Shown here piece after piece: positions 39,139 to 49,912 of a DNA stretch of 64,000 bases (positions within the stretch are counted from its first letter, which is position 1; the number at the start of each line of letters is the position of its first letter). A model generated the notes under the pieces. The model did no database searches, was not told the DNA's origin, and worked only from the letters and a program-made list of their open reading frames with translations. Origin of the DNA: a virus (lineage: Duplodnaviria; Heunggongvirae; Uroviricota; Caudoviricetes); IMG/VR virus record IMGVR_UViG_647533160_000003. The stretch is one strand, 5' to 3'. Both the position numbers and the translations under genes were made by a program.

Positions 39139-39525
39139 AGACTTTATGGCCTCAACAACCTTTTGTGATGCGCCTTTCTCTTTACCGAATCGCTCGTTAT
39201 ATGCAGCAAGAACCTGTTTTTCGTCCTCGTTAAGAGGAGCAGTGCCTTCTTTGTATAAAAATGCTGCGAGTTCGGGTTGGCGTTCTTCCAGCACCATCAT
39301 CATAAGACGACTTGGCTCAATACCCAGTGCCAGCGCCAGCGGACGAACCTTATCGATAGGCAAAGGAATTTTGCCGCTTTTAATTAAAGAAAGGTTGTTG
39401 GCGTTTTTATACCCAATTGTTTTGGCTATCTGGGCCTGGCTCATAGGTGAGGATTCAATCAACCCTGCGATAAAAGCAGCGTAGCGACTTTCTATAAATT
39501 CAATCTTGTTATCAGACATGGTCAC
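39133..39525 (-). CDS. HTH (XRE/Cro-CI-like) transcriptional regulator
   Basis: Helix-turn-helix segment SQAQIAKTIGYKNANNLSLIKSGK; convergent with and overlapping the integrase 3' end by 6 nt. Confidence 0.6.
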   Translation of the reverse strand: MTMSDNKIEFIESRYAAFIAGLIESSPMSQAQIAKTIGYKNANNLSLIKSGKIPLPIDKVRPLALALGIEPSRLMMMVLEERQPELAAFLYKEGTAPLNEDEKQVLAAYNERFGKEKGASQKVVEAIKSL

Positions 39526-39770
39526 AACCTTTGCGCGTTCAATTCTCTCTGGTAAGTGCTTACCGATATTACATCAAAGGTTAGGGTTGTAAAGCTATTA
39601 TCATTTTTTTCGATAGGCACTTAAAAGACCGGTTAAAGGCCATTGCACGGAGAAAAATTAGCCCAAAATAGGTAAGAAAAGTAACTTGCATATGATATGA
39701 ATGTATTCAGTATTGATACAAATTTTAGTAGTATTCCTTACCATAGTATAAGTTAGAATGGATTGATTGA

Positions 39771-39983
39771 ATGAACACCACTATTTCCAGCCTAATCGCT
39801 CTTGAGATCGGACACGTACAAAAATTAGCTGTTGAGTGTGTAACAGACATCCTTACCGATCTACCGAATGAGCAGATTCAGGTTGGTGTGAATGACACCA
39901 CTGGCTTTATATTCGAACTTAACAACAAACGCTTCACGCTTCTCAATACCGGCTCCGGGTCTTTAGCCGTCAGAATCTGTTAA
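39771..39983 (+). CDS. hypothetical small protein (70 aa)
   Basis: ORF with ATG start; no motif recognised. Confidence 0.3.
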   Translation: MNTTISSLIALEIGHVQKLAVECVTDILTDLPNEQIQVGVNDTTGFIFELNNKRFTLLNTGSGSLAVRIC

Positions 39984-40081
39984 CCCCTCTTCTCCCTGCG
40001 CGAATGGCTTAGTTCCCTGTTCGCGCAGTGCTACATTAAACACACTAGTAAATAATTTGTTTTCATAACAAAGGATTAGCC

Positions 40082-42190
40082 ATGTCTAAAAAACGTTCCA
40101 TCAAAGAGGTTCAGGACTTCCGTGACAGTGTAAAACGAGTAGTCGCTCTCCTTTCAGGTAAAAACATCCCTGTTGCAGAACGAGGGGACGACGCTTATGT
40201 ACGCTATAACGATGATGGAGAGCCAATTCTCGTAAACATCCCATCAATCCCGGATAACGCAACACCGGCATTGATGAATGCTGTGCGCGGATTTCTCGAT
40301 CATGAGGTTGCTCACATTTTGTTTACCGATATTCGTGTGTCCAACAAAATGAGAGAAAAAGGACGCGTTCCTTCCTGGTCGCTATGGAATGCCTTAGAAG
40401 ACGTGTTCATCGAGCGAAAAATGGGTCAGGTCTTTAACGGAACAAGACGTAATCTGATGGCAACTCAGCGCCTTATAATCGAAAAAGTCTTTAAACCAAA
40501 GGCTTCAGAGGCTATTGCTTATTGTGGCAAAGATCAGCGCGCGCTTTTTCTAAACTTCTTTCTCTGTCCGGTTGTAAGAGCCTGGGATGGCCAAGCACCG
40601 TTCGTAGATTTCATGGATGAATACTGGCCTGTCATTGAGAAACCAATTTCATTATTAAAAGAACATGGTATCGATGTGGCCGTGCGTAACATGTCCTGCA
40701 CCGAGGATTGTGTAAAGGTGGCTGCGACCATAGCTAAGATCCTCAAAGACACTGAAAGTGAAAGCAAAGGTAAGGAGTCAGCTCCGGGAAAAACTCCCGA
40801 TCCTTCAGACGCTGACCAAGCGGATTCCTCTGGAGAAAGTAATGAAGACAATGAAGATCACAAGACACATGAGATGCTAGATAACCACATATCTATAGAT
40901 GATGACTCACAAGGTAAGTACATACATGATAATAACGATAGTGATGATTCAGATAATTCTGAATCATCAGAAACAATATTCGATGATACAAAAAATGATA
41001 AAGAGGTATTAGATTCTGATACTTCCAATAGCGCGACGACAGAAGCAACTACCTCGGATCACGAAAAAAGAAAAACGGCAGAAGACGGCTCTTCAGACAT
41101 TCCCACTCCGTCCAAAATGAGTCTGGAAGAGGCTTTAGAGGAGCTTGATAGCATGGAAGATGAAGTCGGAGGCATGACAGAAGATGCACTATCCGAAACG
41201 ATTAAAAGCGAGTTAACAGAAAGCTCGAAAAGCGAATACAGGCCATACAATCGCTCATACGACTTCATCGGTTCGATTGATCAGGCAGAAGCCCATATCA
41301 AACGGCTTATTAAAACATTCTCCGATATTGATTTAGGTGGATATCCAATCAGCCGTTATCGCATCGTTCCTGAAGGCAACCAACTCTTCGACAAATATAT
41401 TGAAAAGCATCTTTCGTCAGGTGTTTCGTCGACGCTGGCAAAAGACCTGGAGCGTGCAATTGCAAGCAGAAACAGAGTTCAGTTTATACCGGGCCAGCGT
41501 CGGGGGCGCATTCATGGTTCTAGTATCTACAGATTAGCAATGAATGATGATCGCGTGTTTCGTAAAAAAGAAGAATCTAAGGCCGTTAACGCCTGTGTTC
41601 AACAAGTGATTGATTTATCAGGTTCAATGAGCGGCGAAACGATTAAACTGGCTCTTGCAAGTGCATATACCATCGCCGATGCGCTTGATCGAATAAATGT
41701 TCCCAACATTATCACCGGCTTCACAACATTTGGTAGTCATATGGCAGCAGGAGAGCTTAAGGCAATCAAGTATGAGTTCTCTCGCTTTGAATCTTTAATG
41801 CTACCTATCATCAAAAATTGGAATGAAAAGGCCAATTCTCGCGAAGTTCGCTCACGTATGGGGTGCGTAGGCTACACATTCCCACTTCTTAATAACGTGG
41901 ATGGTGAAAGCATAGCCAGCCTTGCATCGTTATTTTCTGGTCGCATGGAGGACAAGAAGATCATGCTTGTTCTAAGCGATGGCGCGCCGTGGGCTGTTGG
42001 GAGAGGTTTTGACGCTCATTTGCGTTCGGTTGCGAAGCAAATTGAAACGCAGACTGACATTGATTTGATGGCAATTGGCATCATGACTGACGCACCGGAG
42101 AGATTTTACGCAAACCATGCCCTGGTAACGAGCGTTGATAGTCTTGGTTCATCTGTAGTTACTGAACTATCTCGTATCATTTTGAAGTGA
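40082..42190 (+). CDS. von Willebrand factor A domain protein with acidic disordered linker (CobT-like)
   Basis: C-terminal vWA MIDAS motif DLSGSMSG; long Asp/Glu/Ser-rich central region; followed by AAA+ ATPase gene. Confidence 0.65.
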   Translation: MSKKRSIKEVQDFRDSVKRVVALLSGKNIPVAERGDDAYVRYNDDGEPILVNIPSIPDNATPALMNAVRGFLDHEVAHILFTDIRVSNKMREKGRVPSWSLWNALEDVFIERKMGQVFNGTRRNLMATQRLIIEKVFKPKASEAIAYCGKDQRALFLNFFLCPVVRAWDGQAPFVDFMDEYWPVIEKPISLLKEHGIDVAVRNMSCTEDCVKVAATIAKILKDTESESKGKESAPGKTPDPSDADQADSSGESNEDNEDHKTHEMLDNHISIDDDSQGKYIHDNNDSDDSDNSESSETIFDDTKNDKEVLDSDTSNSATTEATTSDHEKRKTAEDGSSDIPTPSKMSLEEALEELDSMEDEVGGMTEDALSETIKSELTESSKSEYRPYNRSYDFIGSIDQAEAHIKRLIKTFSDIDLGGYPISRYRIVPEGNQLFDKYIEKHLSSGVSSTLAKDLERAIASRNRVQFIPGQRRGRIHGSSIYRLAMNDDRVFRKKEESKAVNACVQQVIDLSGSMSGETIKLALASAYTIADALDRINVPNIITGFTTFGSHMAAGELKAIKYEFSRFESLMLPIIKNWNEKANSREVRSRMGCVGYTFPLLNNVDGESIASLASLFSGRMEDKKIMLVLSDGAPWAVGRGFDAHLRSVAKQIETQTDIDLMAIGIMTDAPERFYANHALVTSVDSLGSSVVTELSRIILK

Positions 42191-42285
42191 TTAGAATAGC
42201 CTTAATGATAAGTAATCACTTACGATATTTGATGGTATATTTATATAAGAAGTTGAAAGCTCATTAGAAAACAAAGGAAAAACGC

Positions 42286-43521
42286 ATGACTACTACTGCA
42301 CTGCAAAATGAAAAAAATCCTTCTGATTACCTTGTTTGCAAGTGGTGCGGAAAATCATTTCACTATTTTAAGTCCCATGTAGCCAATGGTAATTGCGAGG
42401 GCATTCCTGAGTCAGTAAAAGATGCCGATCCTGACACCGTACTGAAAATGTACACAACGCAGTTTCCAGATGAGCCAACGCTATCGAAAAAGGCACTTGA
42501 TGCAATTCAAGCTAAACGTGCCGAGCAAAAAAGCGAAATGGCCAAATCATCTGGCGTGACCAATAGCCCAGGCTATACAGGCACAGTTGAGTACAAGACA
42601 GATCTGGTCGCAGCTCACGAACTGCTAAATGTAACGGTGAAAGAACTCGGAACAAAACGTGGGACGCCGCTCATGGTTAGCGTCAACGTCAATACGCCGT
42701 TTCCAGAGTTCGTTCCAGAAGTGAAGAAGGGATACGTATATGGCGACTTCGAACTAATCAAAGACATTTTCATGATGCTTGAACTTGGCATACCAGGCTA
42801 TTTGTGGGGTCATGCAGGAACAGGCAAATCTTCATTGCCTACACAACTATGTGCTTTGCTCAATCGTCCGTTAATCCGTGCCCAACATACAGCATCAATG
42901 GAAGAGGCTCATGTTACGGGACAAATTCTGGCGCGTGATGGCTCTACGTATTTCGAGCCTGGCTTGCTTGCGCTCGCAATGAAGCATGGCTGGGTTTACC
43001 TCGCGGATGAATACGACTTTGCGTTTCCACAGATTCTTGGCGTGTATCAGCCAGTGCTGGAAGGTGAAGCGTTGGTCATCAAAGAGGCGACTCAAGAATG
43101 GCGTCGCATTACTCCGCATGAACGGTTTGCTTTCATTGGCACTGGCAACACGAACGGATCTGGTGATGAAACCGGCTTGTACCAGGGTACAAACATCCAG
43201 AACGCCGCTAACTTTTCGCGTTTTGGCATCGTTTCGAATGTGAAATACATGAGCAAAGAGGCAGAGATCAACATGTTGATAAATGCTGGCATCGTGGATG
43301 AATACGCTGAAAAGATGGTTAAGTTTGCCGGTATCGTTCGCGATGGATACGAAGAACACCTGATCAGTCAGCCGATTGGCCCTCGTGAACTTTTGTTGTC
43401 GGCCAAGATTGGAATGATGCGAGGCGACTTTGTGACAGGTATTGAGCGTTCTTTCATTAACAAACTCCCTTCAGCTTCTGCGCAAGCGGCACGTGAAGTT
43501 GTTCAAAAAATATTTGGTTAA
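42286..43521 (+). CDS. AAA+ ATPase (MoxR/CobS-like)
   Basis: Walker A GHAGTGKSS and Walker B-like VYLADEYD; paired with the upstream vWA protein. Confidence 0.7.
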   Translation: MTTTALQNEKNPSDYLVCKWCGKSFHYFKSHVANGNCEGIPESVKDADPDTVLKMYTTQFPDEPTLSKKALDAIQAKRAEQKSEMAKSSGVTNSPGYTGTVEYKTDLVAAHELLNVTVKELGTKRGTPLMVSVNVNTPFPEFVPEVKKGYVYGDFELIKDIFMMLELGIPGYLWGHAGTGKSSLPTQLCALLNRPLIRAQHTASMEEAHVTGQILARDGSTYFEPGLLALAMKHGWVYLADEYDFAFPQILGVYQPVLEGEALVIKEATQEWRRITPHERFAFIGTGNTNGSGDETGLYQGTNIQNAANFSRFGIVSNVKYMSKEAEINMLINAGIVDEYAEKMVKFAGIVRDGYEEHLISQPIGPRELLLSAKIGMMRGDFVTGIERSFINKLPSASAQAAREVVQKIFG

Positions 43522-43701
43522 TCGTGCGTAAAGGATGTTTCGGCTCTCTTATCGCTGCTTCTGAAACTGGCAAGGCTTGTCTGGTGTGTCCAGACAAGCC
43601 CGATTGTCACCAATCAGCAAAAGAAGTTGCGATTTCGATGTATGGGAAGTTCGTAGGCTTCCCCAATGACAAAATCAAAAAAACCAGAAAGGTAAAAACA
43701 C

Positions 43702-46700
43702 ATGAAGGCTCTGATGGTTCGAACTGACTTCTCTCTTGGGGAGTCGGCTCTAAAAGCAGAAAACGCGGTGAAGATTGCCAGAGAAGCTGGCTACACCGCT
43801 GTAATTTCGGCAGATAGCATGAATATTGCGAGTGTTATTCCACTACAACGTGCCGCTGGTGACGACATGGCGGTTATTTGTGGTGTGAAACTAAACATTG
43901 TTGATGATCCCACATACGAGCACCGGGCTAAACTTGCTAAAGAGTCTATGGGATGTATGGAATCATTAGAGCGTGGGCGGAACTACTCCTTTACCGCTCT
44001 AATTAAAAATGAGCAGGGATATCGAGACATCTGCGAACTAATGACGGCGGCCAACACACGAGAACAGTTCTACTTTGTACCGCGTCTCTCGCTCGAACAG
44101 TTGGTTTCTACATATGCCAAAGGCAACATCATCCTGCTCACTGCCGACATCGGTAGCGTGTACCAACGCAACGATTTTGCAAAAATCATAAGCTCACTGA
44201 TTACAGCGGGTGGAAAAAACAACTTCTATAGTGTGGTTTATCCGCACCCTACCCCATTCTACGACCAGATTAACGTCCGGGCGATGAAAGTCGCCAGCGC
44301 ACTGAAAATAGAGCCAGTAGCGTTCTATCCCGCTTATTACGAATCGATCGACGATGCAGACATTAAAGACATTGCGCACATGGTTACGAACAACATCAAA
44401 ATCGACCAGCCGCATCGTCTGCGTATCCCCCACCAGCGAGATAACGCCGTCAATGGTCGCCGCCATCTCCTTGAGGCGCTGAAAGCCTTCTCCGTTCGCA
44501 TGGATGTGCCGGTAACAGCCGCAATGGCCTCAACAACGCAGGATACCATTATCGATGCCTGCACATGGCGCTGGCATGAATTGCCACCAGCACTGCCAAA
44601 GATGGCAGACGACGAGCCTGCAACGCTGATGAAACTGGCCGTTGCTGGGCTGCGTAAACGTCTTACCACAAAAGAGTTTGGCTACACACCACCGGCTTCT
44701 GAGAACAGGGTTTATGTTGAGCGACTTAAGTACGAAATGGACACGCTTACTCGCCTGGGATTTTGTGGTTACTTCCTGATGGTACGCGATCTGATGAATC
44801 ACAGCCGTGAAACTGGCATTCCTGTCGGGCCTGGTCGTGGTTCCTCCGCTGGCTCTTTGGTGGCATGGTGCATAGGCATAACCAACGTCGACCCTATCCG
44901 TCACGGTCTTCTGTTTGAACGTTTCATCAACCCTGAGCGTCTCGACTTGCCAGATGCGGACTTGGACTTCAGCCAGGCACGTCGCCATGAGGTGATCGAG
45001 TATCTGAATGAACGCTACGGCGAAGATTACGTTGCAGGCATTCCGAACTTCACCTACCTGGGCGCGGCCTCTGCACTACGTGACACCGCTCGTATTTATG
45101 GTGTGGAGTCCGCAGATATGGCGGTATCAAAAGAACTGAAGAACGTCGAGGATGATAGCCTTCCATTGGAAGAGCTGCGCGAACAACTGGCAAGCCTCGA
45201 CAAATACGCGACAAAATATCCTGATGCATTCAATGCAGCCTGCAAGTTACAAAGCCTTATGCGTGGCTATGGTAGACATGCGGCAGGGATGATCGTAGCA
45301 GGTGTTCCTCTGACAGAACGAACACCGGTTGAACGACGTGGTGACGCGCGTTGTATCGCATTTGACAAGCGTTACTGCGAGGCTATGGGCCTAATTAAGC
45401 TGGACGTACTTGGCCTGGCGACTCTCGATTTGCTCGATAGTGCAAAACGCTACATTAAAGAGAACACAGGTGAGGATATCAATCTTGATGCCATTTCTCT
45501 TGAAGATCGCAAGGTGCTGGATGGTTTTGCTGCTGGGTACACTCAAGGTGTTTTCCAGCTTGAATCAGGCCCAATGCGCAAGCTGCTTAAAGATTTAGGT
45601 GGTGGAATTGAGCCAATGAGCTTTAAAACGGTCGTTGCTACGACTGCGCTCTTCCGGCCGGGGCCAATTCAGTCAGGCATGTTGGATGATTATGTTTCTG
45701 TCGCCAAAGGCTTTATGACGCCGGAATCATTACACCCCGTTCTTGATGAACTTACCGCAGAAACAAATGGCGTGATTCTCTATCAGGAACAGACGATGAA
45801 CGCGACTCGATTGCTTGCCGGCTTCACAATGGCTGAAGCTGACGGCGTTCGTAAAGCGATCGGCAAAAAAGACATGGAGAAAATGAAGAGCATGGGTGAG
45901 AAGTTCATCGTTCAGGCTCAAGCTGGCTGGATCGACGTTGAGCTGGAAGATGGCACTACACAGCGCATTCACCGTGCGGAACATTTTAAATGCGAAGACG
46001 GAACTCTGAAAACTGTCGAAGAGGCACTTGAGTTCGGTGCAAAACTACCTATAAACGCAGTACGCGTTACAGCGTCACATCCAGGGCTATCAGAGATGAA
46101 AGCGAAGGAGATCTGGACCGCATTCGAAAAGAATGGTGCCTACCAGTTCAACAAATCACACTCTGTTGCTTACTCCTTAATCAGTTATCAATCTATGTGG
46201 TTGAAAACTCATTATCCCGCAGAGTTTTTCGCTGCTGCTCTCACTATTCTTGGCGAAGATAAACACCAGGGGCTGGTTAAAGATGCGCTGACCTATGGTA
46301 TTCGCGTATTGCCACCAGACGTTAACGTGTCATCTAACCGAATCGAGATCCGCACGCTTGAAGATGGCAGCCAGGTGCTGTATGCGCCCTTCTCTGCTGT
46401 GAAGGGGTGTTCTGAGAATGGCTGCCAGGCCATCATGAGAGCGCGAGAAAAGGTTGGCGGCAAATTCGAGTCACTTGCGCAATTCGAAGAAGCTGTCGAG
46501 AAACGTGCCTGTAATAGTCGAGTGCGCGAATCGCTGCAAAAAGTAGGGGCGTTTGCATCCATCGAGCCAGGTAGTCTGCCAGCAACTGATCCAGAGCGCC
46601 TCCGCGACCAGGCTGAATTGATGGGAAACCTTGTCATAGATGCAGTTAAAGCCTCACGTCCGTTTGAGATGAACCCCAAACGTTCGGCTGAGATTAACGT

Positions 46701-47220
46701 GCTCATGACACGGATGGCGGCTGAAATGGGCTTAGGTGATGAACTAATCCGCCCCAGCATTGGTATTAAGCCGAAAATCATGATCATTCTGGACAATGCG
46801 AACGGCAATGATGCTCGAACCGGTTACTTTATGGAGAACGGATACGACGATTTTAAGGCCAAGCTATTGACGGCTGGAGATTTACGCATGGGCGATCTCT
46901 ATGTCACAGGCGTTTGCAAGAAGGTTAAAGACAAAGAAAAAGACTACACCAAAGACGAGATCGGCCAGTTCACCGACTTTATGCGTGAAGAGATCAATCT
47001 GGTGCGTCCGACCTATGTGCTGACGTGTGGCAGCCGGGCAACGTCGCTCTTCAACAACAAGATCAAACCATCCGACCTGGTTGGACGCAAAGAGTATCTG
47101 CCGGAGCTGGATGTGACTGTTTTCTACGGATTTAACCCGAATATTTTGTACTTTCGCCCAGAGGAAGGCGAAAAGCTGGAAGCAATTCTGGCAGAGGTAG
47201 CGGAGACTATTAGCAAATGA
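43702..47220 (+). CDS. dnaE: DNA polymerase III alpha subunit-like replicative polymerase
   Basis: 1172-aa ORF with PHP-like N-terminus and the DnaE signature region GPGRGSSAGSLVAWCIGITNVDPI ... LLFERFINPER. Confidence 0.8.
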   Translation: MKALMVRTDFSLGESALKAENAVKIAREAGYTAVISADSMNIASVIPLQRAAGDDMAVICGVKLNIVDDPTYEHRAKLAKESMGCMESLERGRNYSFTALIKNEQGYRDICELMTAANTREQFYFVPRLSLEQLVSTYAKGNIILLTADIGSVYQRNDFAKIISSLITAGGKNNFYSVVYPHPTPFYDQINVRAMKVASALKIEPVAFYPAYYESIDDADIKDIAHMVTNNIKIDQPHRLRIPHQRDNAVNGRRHLLEALKAFSVRMDVPVTAAMASTTQDTIIDACTWRWHELPPALPKMADDEPATLMKLAVAGLRKRLTTKEFGYTPPASENRVYVERLKYEMDTLTRLGFCGYFLMVRDLMNHSRETGIPVGPGRGSSAGSLVAWCIGITNVDPIRHGLLFERFINPERLDLPDADLDFSQARRHEVIEYLNERYGEDYVAGIPNFTYLGAASALRDTARIYGVESADMAVSKELKNVEDDSLPLEELREQLASLDKYATKYPDAFNAACKLQSLMRGYGRHAAGMIVAGVPLTERTPVERRGDARCIAFDKRYCEAMGLIKLDVLGLATLDLLDSAKRYIKENTGEDINLDAISLEDRKVLDGFAAGYTQGVFQLESGPMRKLLKDLGGGIEPMSFKTVVATTALFRPGPIQSGMLDDYVSVAKGFMTPESLHPVLDELTAETNGVILYQEQTMNATRLLAGFTMAEADGVRKAIGKKDMEKMKSMGEKFIVQAQAGWIDVELEDGTTQRIHRAEHFKCEDGTLKTVEEALEFGAKLPINAVRVTASHPGLSEMKAKEIWTAFEKNGAYQFNKSHSVAYSLISYQSMWLKTHYPAEFFAAALTILGEDKHQGLVKDALTYGIRVLPPDVNVSSNRIEIRTLEDGSQVLYAPFSAVKGCSENGCQAIMRAREKVGGKFESLAQFEEAVEKRACNSRVRESLQKVGAFASIEPGSLPATDPERLRDQAELMGNLVIDAVKASRPFEMNPKRSAEINVLMTRMAAEMGLGDELIRPSIGIKPKIMIILDNANGNDARTGYFMENGYDDFKAKLLTAGDLRMGDLYVTGVCKKVKDKEKDYTKDEIGQFTDFMREEINLVRPTYVLTCGSRATSLFNNKIKPSDLVGRKEYLPELDVTVFYGFNPNILYFRPEEGEKLEAILAEVAETISK

Positions 47221-47344
47221 ATAAAGAAAACACCATAAAGGAGGCCAAAGAGTTTATGAAAGTAAACAAGATTGGCGATGTGAGATAGTACAGGCTGAAA
47301 CGCCAGACCAGAGTCACTCTATCCAACATCTTGGGTAAGAAAGT

Positions 47345-47370
47345 CGCATAAATAAAAAACCCGCCAATCG
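47345..47370. terminator. bidirectional rho-independent terminator
   Basis: AAAAACCCGCCAATCGCGGGTTTCATTT between convergent dnaE (+) and the 196-aa gene (-). Confidence 0.65.
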
Positions 47371-47438
47371 CGGGTTTCATTTATTAATTGCAGATTCCGT
47401 GTAGTGATAGTTATTAATTATCTTCCGCCAATAAGACA

Positions 47439-48029
47439 TCAACTTAACTCTTTTATCTGCTTCCAAGTTTCAATACCTATTTCAGTTAAAGCATTAAAGT
47501 AATCGTTTTTTATTTCCGCATACTTGGAATCATCAAAGTTCAGATTACCATTATTTTTTTCTTCGACGCATTCCATGAAAAATTTAAGTGCATCATTACA
47601 TTTATTAAAAATAGTTTGCTGATGAGTTTTTTTAGGATTAAGCAATACAATTATCTGATTGCATTGAATCATTACAATTTTCGCCAGTTCGTCCCCAGCT
47701 TGTTGATATGTCGGGATTGCCTGCGGATTTATCGGTCGTTTTAATAAGTTGTAATTCATATCGAGATTCGCATAAAACTCACTACTTCTTGACCTTAGCT
47801 CTTGAAGCCAACGAAGTCTTTCTGCGGTAATTATAGTTGCTTTTAATTTTTTATCTTCAATAGCAGCAGCAGAATTAATTTGTTCGTTTGTGCCTCGATA
47901 TAACAAATATGCACCAATAGCAGCGCCTGCAATAGCTGATATTGAAGATATTACAGCAATCCAAATAGCAGAATGGTCAGGTTTCGTGTTCTCTGCTATT
48001 TGCTTTAATAAATTATAAATATCAAACAT
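47439..48029 (-). CDS. hypothetical single-pass membrane protein (196 aa), AT-rich, isolated on minus strand
   Basis: N-terminal TM helix (IWIAVISSISAIAGAAIGAYLLY) then hydrophilic helical domain; visibly AT-rich versus flanks; bounded by a terminator on one side and a divergent promoter region on the other. Confidence 0.5.
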   Translation of the reverse strand: MFDIYNLLKQIAENTKPDHSAIWIAVISSISAIAGAAIGAYLLYRGTNEQINSAAAIEDKKLKATIITAERLRWLQELRSRSSEFYANLDMNYNLLKRPINPQAIPTYQQAGDELAKIVMIQCNQIIVLLNPKKTHQQTIFNKCNDALKFFMECVEEKNNGNLNFDDSKYAEIKNDYFNALTEIGIETWKQIKELS

Positions 48030-48273
48030 GAGGATAATATTTCCTTTTAATTTGAATAATTAATGATAAATGCTGTGCGGAAACATGAAGATTCTATCCT
48101 TTTCAAAACCCATATTTCTTTCGATTAAATCCACGAACACAATAGGAGAAACTCCTGCAATTAACAAGCCCTAAGAAATGGTTGTTCGAGCAGATAGCAT
48201 AACGGTCTATCTTGGATTAGCGTTAATTTAAGCTCTATAATCAATACATCATGATAAGTGAGAATCTATCAAA

Positions 48274-48705
48274 ATGAGCACCAATATATACGAAAAAATC
48301 ATGTCCGATCTCGAGTTTGACCGAGACAATCTGGAAGAAGTCTGGCGTAGACAACCCCGCCTGTTGATGGAATATGGCTCAAAACTCGCCCATGCAGAAA
48401 GAAGTGTCGCAGAAGCAAAACTTAACCTTGAAGCTGTTGAAGCAAAGCTATACGACACAGAGCGTAAGAACTTGAGTATGAATGGCATTAAGTTCAACGA
48501 ATCTGTACTGGACGCTAAGGTTAAAACAAACCCACAGTATCTGTCTAAACGGCAGAAGTTGGATGAAGCACGGCACATCGCAGACATATACAAACATGCT
48601 GTCGCCGCCTTTTCGCATCGCCGAGACATGATCGTTCAGGCGTCAAAGATGGCCATCGTTGAATTAGAGCGATTAGGCTCTGAACGCTTTATTACTCCCC
48701 GTTGA
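48274..48705 (+). CDS. hypothetical coiled-coil protein (143 aa)
   Basis: Charged helical composition; no motif recognised. Confidence 0.4.
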   Translation: MSTNIYEKIMSDLEFDRDNLEEVWRRQPRLLMEYGSKLAHAERSVAEAKLNLEAVEAKLYDTERKNLSMNGIKFNESVLDAKVKTNPQYLSKRQKLDEARHIADIYKHAVAAFSHRRDMIVQASKMAIVELERLGSERFITPR

Positions 48706-48822
48706 TTTTTGATAGATAATAAGTAAGTACTGATCTATCATTTAACAGCTCGAAAGAGCCACGAATGAACGAAAGCCCAACGCGCATAGCGCCATCGGCC
48801 AAATCACAACAAGGAGAAACAC

Positions 48823-49851
48823 ATGTCTAAGACATTACTTGATTTGCTTAACAAAACTCGTGAAGACATTGCCGCCAAACGTGGTAACAACGTTGATCTG
48901 ACTCGCTTAAAAGACGGCGTCAACTATATCCGCATCTTCCCGAATAAAGACGACCCAAACGGTAAGTTCTTCCAGACTTTCGGTATGCACTACGTTAAGT
49001 ATCAGAACGAGGAAGGTAAAGAAGCAACCAACGCTTATATTTGTGAGCAACATACTCACGGTCGCGCTTGTCAGCTATGCGAAATGGTGATGGAAGGTCG
49101 CGCTCGTCACAAGGGTAACAAAGCAATGGAAGAACGCATCGGTCAAATGCGTGCCACGCCTCGCTACCTGGTCAACGGCATTCTTTCAGCTCGTGAGGAT
49201 TTCGCCGATGCAGAGAAATGCCAGTTAATCGAACTGCCTTCCACTGTATTCGATGATATCTGCAAAGCAATCACCGAAGACATCGCTGATGATATCGGTA
49301 ATCCACTGAGCAAAGAGGAAGGCTACGCATTCCTGATTAAACGTACTGGTTCTGGTCGCGATACCAAATATGACGTCTCGCCTAAGCGTAAAGTCTACAA
49401 AGGCGATATCGAAGATAAATTCTGGAATACCCAGCATGACCTGATCGCATACGCAAATCAGGCTGATGAAACTCGTCTTCTCTCGACAGTTCGCACTATG
49501 GGTCGTCTGATTGGCATCGCAGCACCAACTGCCTCTGCATCTGCACCAGCAATTTCCTCTACCGCGAAAACATCGACCGCGGCACTGCCTGGATTTGGCT
49601 CTGTCACTGGTCATACGGAGGGTGCGACTGCTGTAGCAACCGCTCACACCCCAGCTTCTGAACCAACCAGTCTGGTTGATGAAGAAATCCTCCGAGCCGT
49701 TGAAACTGAATTTAAACCAGAGGCAAGTTCCGCTGCCGTTGCCGTATCAGTCAAAGAGTCTGAAGCAGTCGCAGCGACATCTGTAGCAGCCGCATCTGCG
49801 ACGGAAGATGAAGGTCTGGATGATCTACTGAGAGAGCTTGACTCTCTGTAA
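48823..49851 (+). CDS. putative ssDNA-binding protein (gp32-like zinc motif, acidic C-terminus)
   Basis: Cys/His cluster CEQHTHGRACQLC and acidic tail DEGLDDLLRELDSL; conserved AAGGAGAAACACATG initiation region. Confidence 0.4.
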   Translation: MSKTLLDLLNKTREDIAAKRGNNVDLTRLKDGVNYIRIFPNKDDPNGKFFQTFGMHYVKYQNEEGKEATNAYICEQHTHGRACQLCEMVMEGRARHKGNKAMEERIGQMRATPRYLVNGILSAREDFADAEKCQLIELPSTVFDDICKAITEDIADDIGNPLSKEEGYAFLIKRTGSGRDTKYDVSPKRKVYKGDIEDKFWNTQHDLIAYANQADETRLLSTVRTMGRLIGIAAPTASASAPAISSTAKTSTAALPGFGSVTGHTEGATAVATAHTPASEPTSLVDEEILRAVETEFKPEASSAAVAVSVKESEAVAATSVAAASATEDEGLDDLLRELDSL

Positions 49852-49868
49852 TCCCATTACGTGACCAG

Positions 49869-49897
49869 TAAGGCGTCTACGGACGCCTTACTTTTTT
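49869..49897 (+). terminator. rho-independent terminator
   Basis: TAAGGCGTCTACGGACGCCTTACTTTTTT. Confidence 0.7.
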
Positions 49898-49912
49898 GGA
49901 AGGAATGCACCG

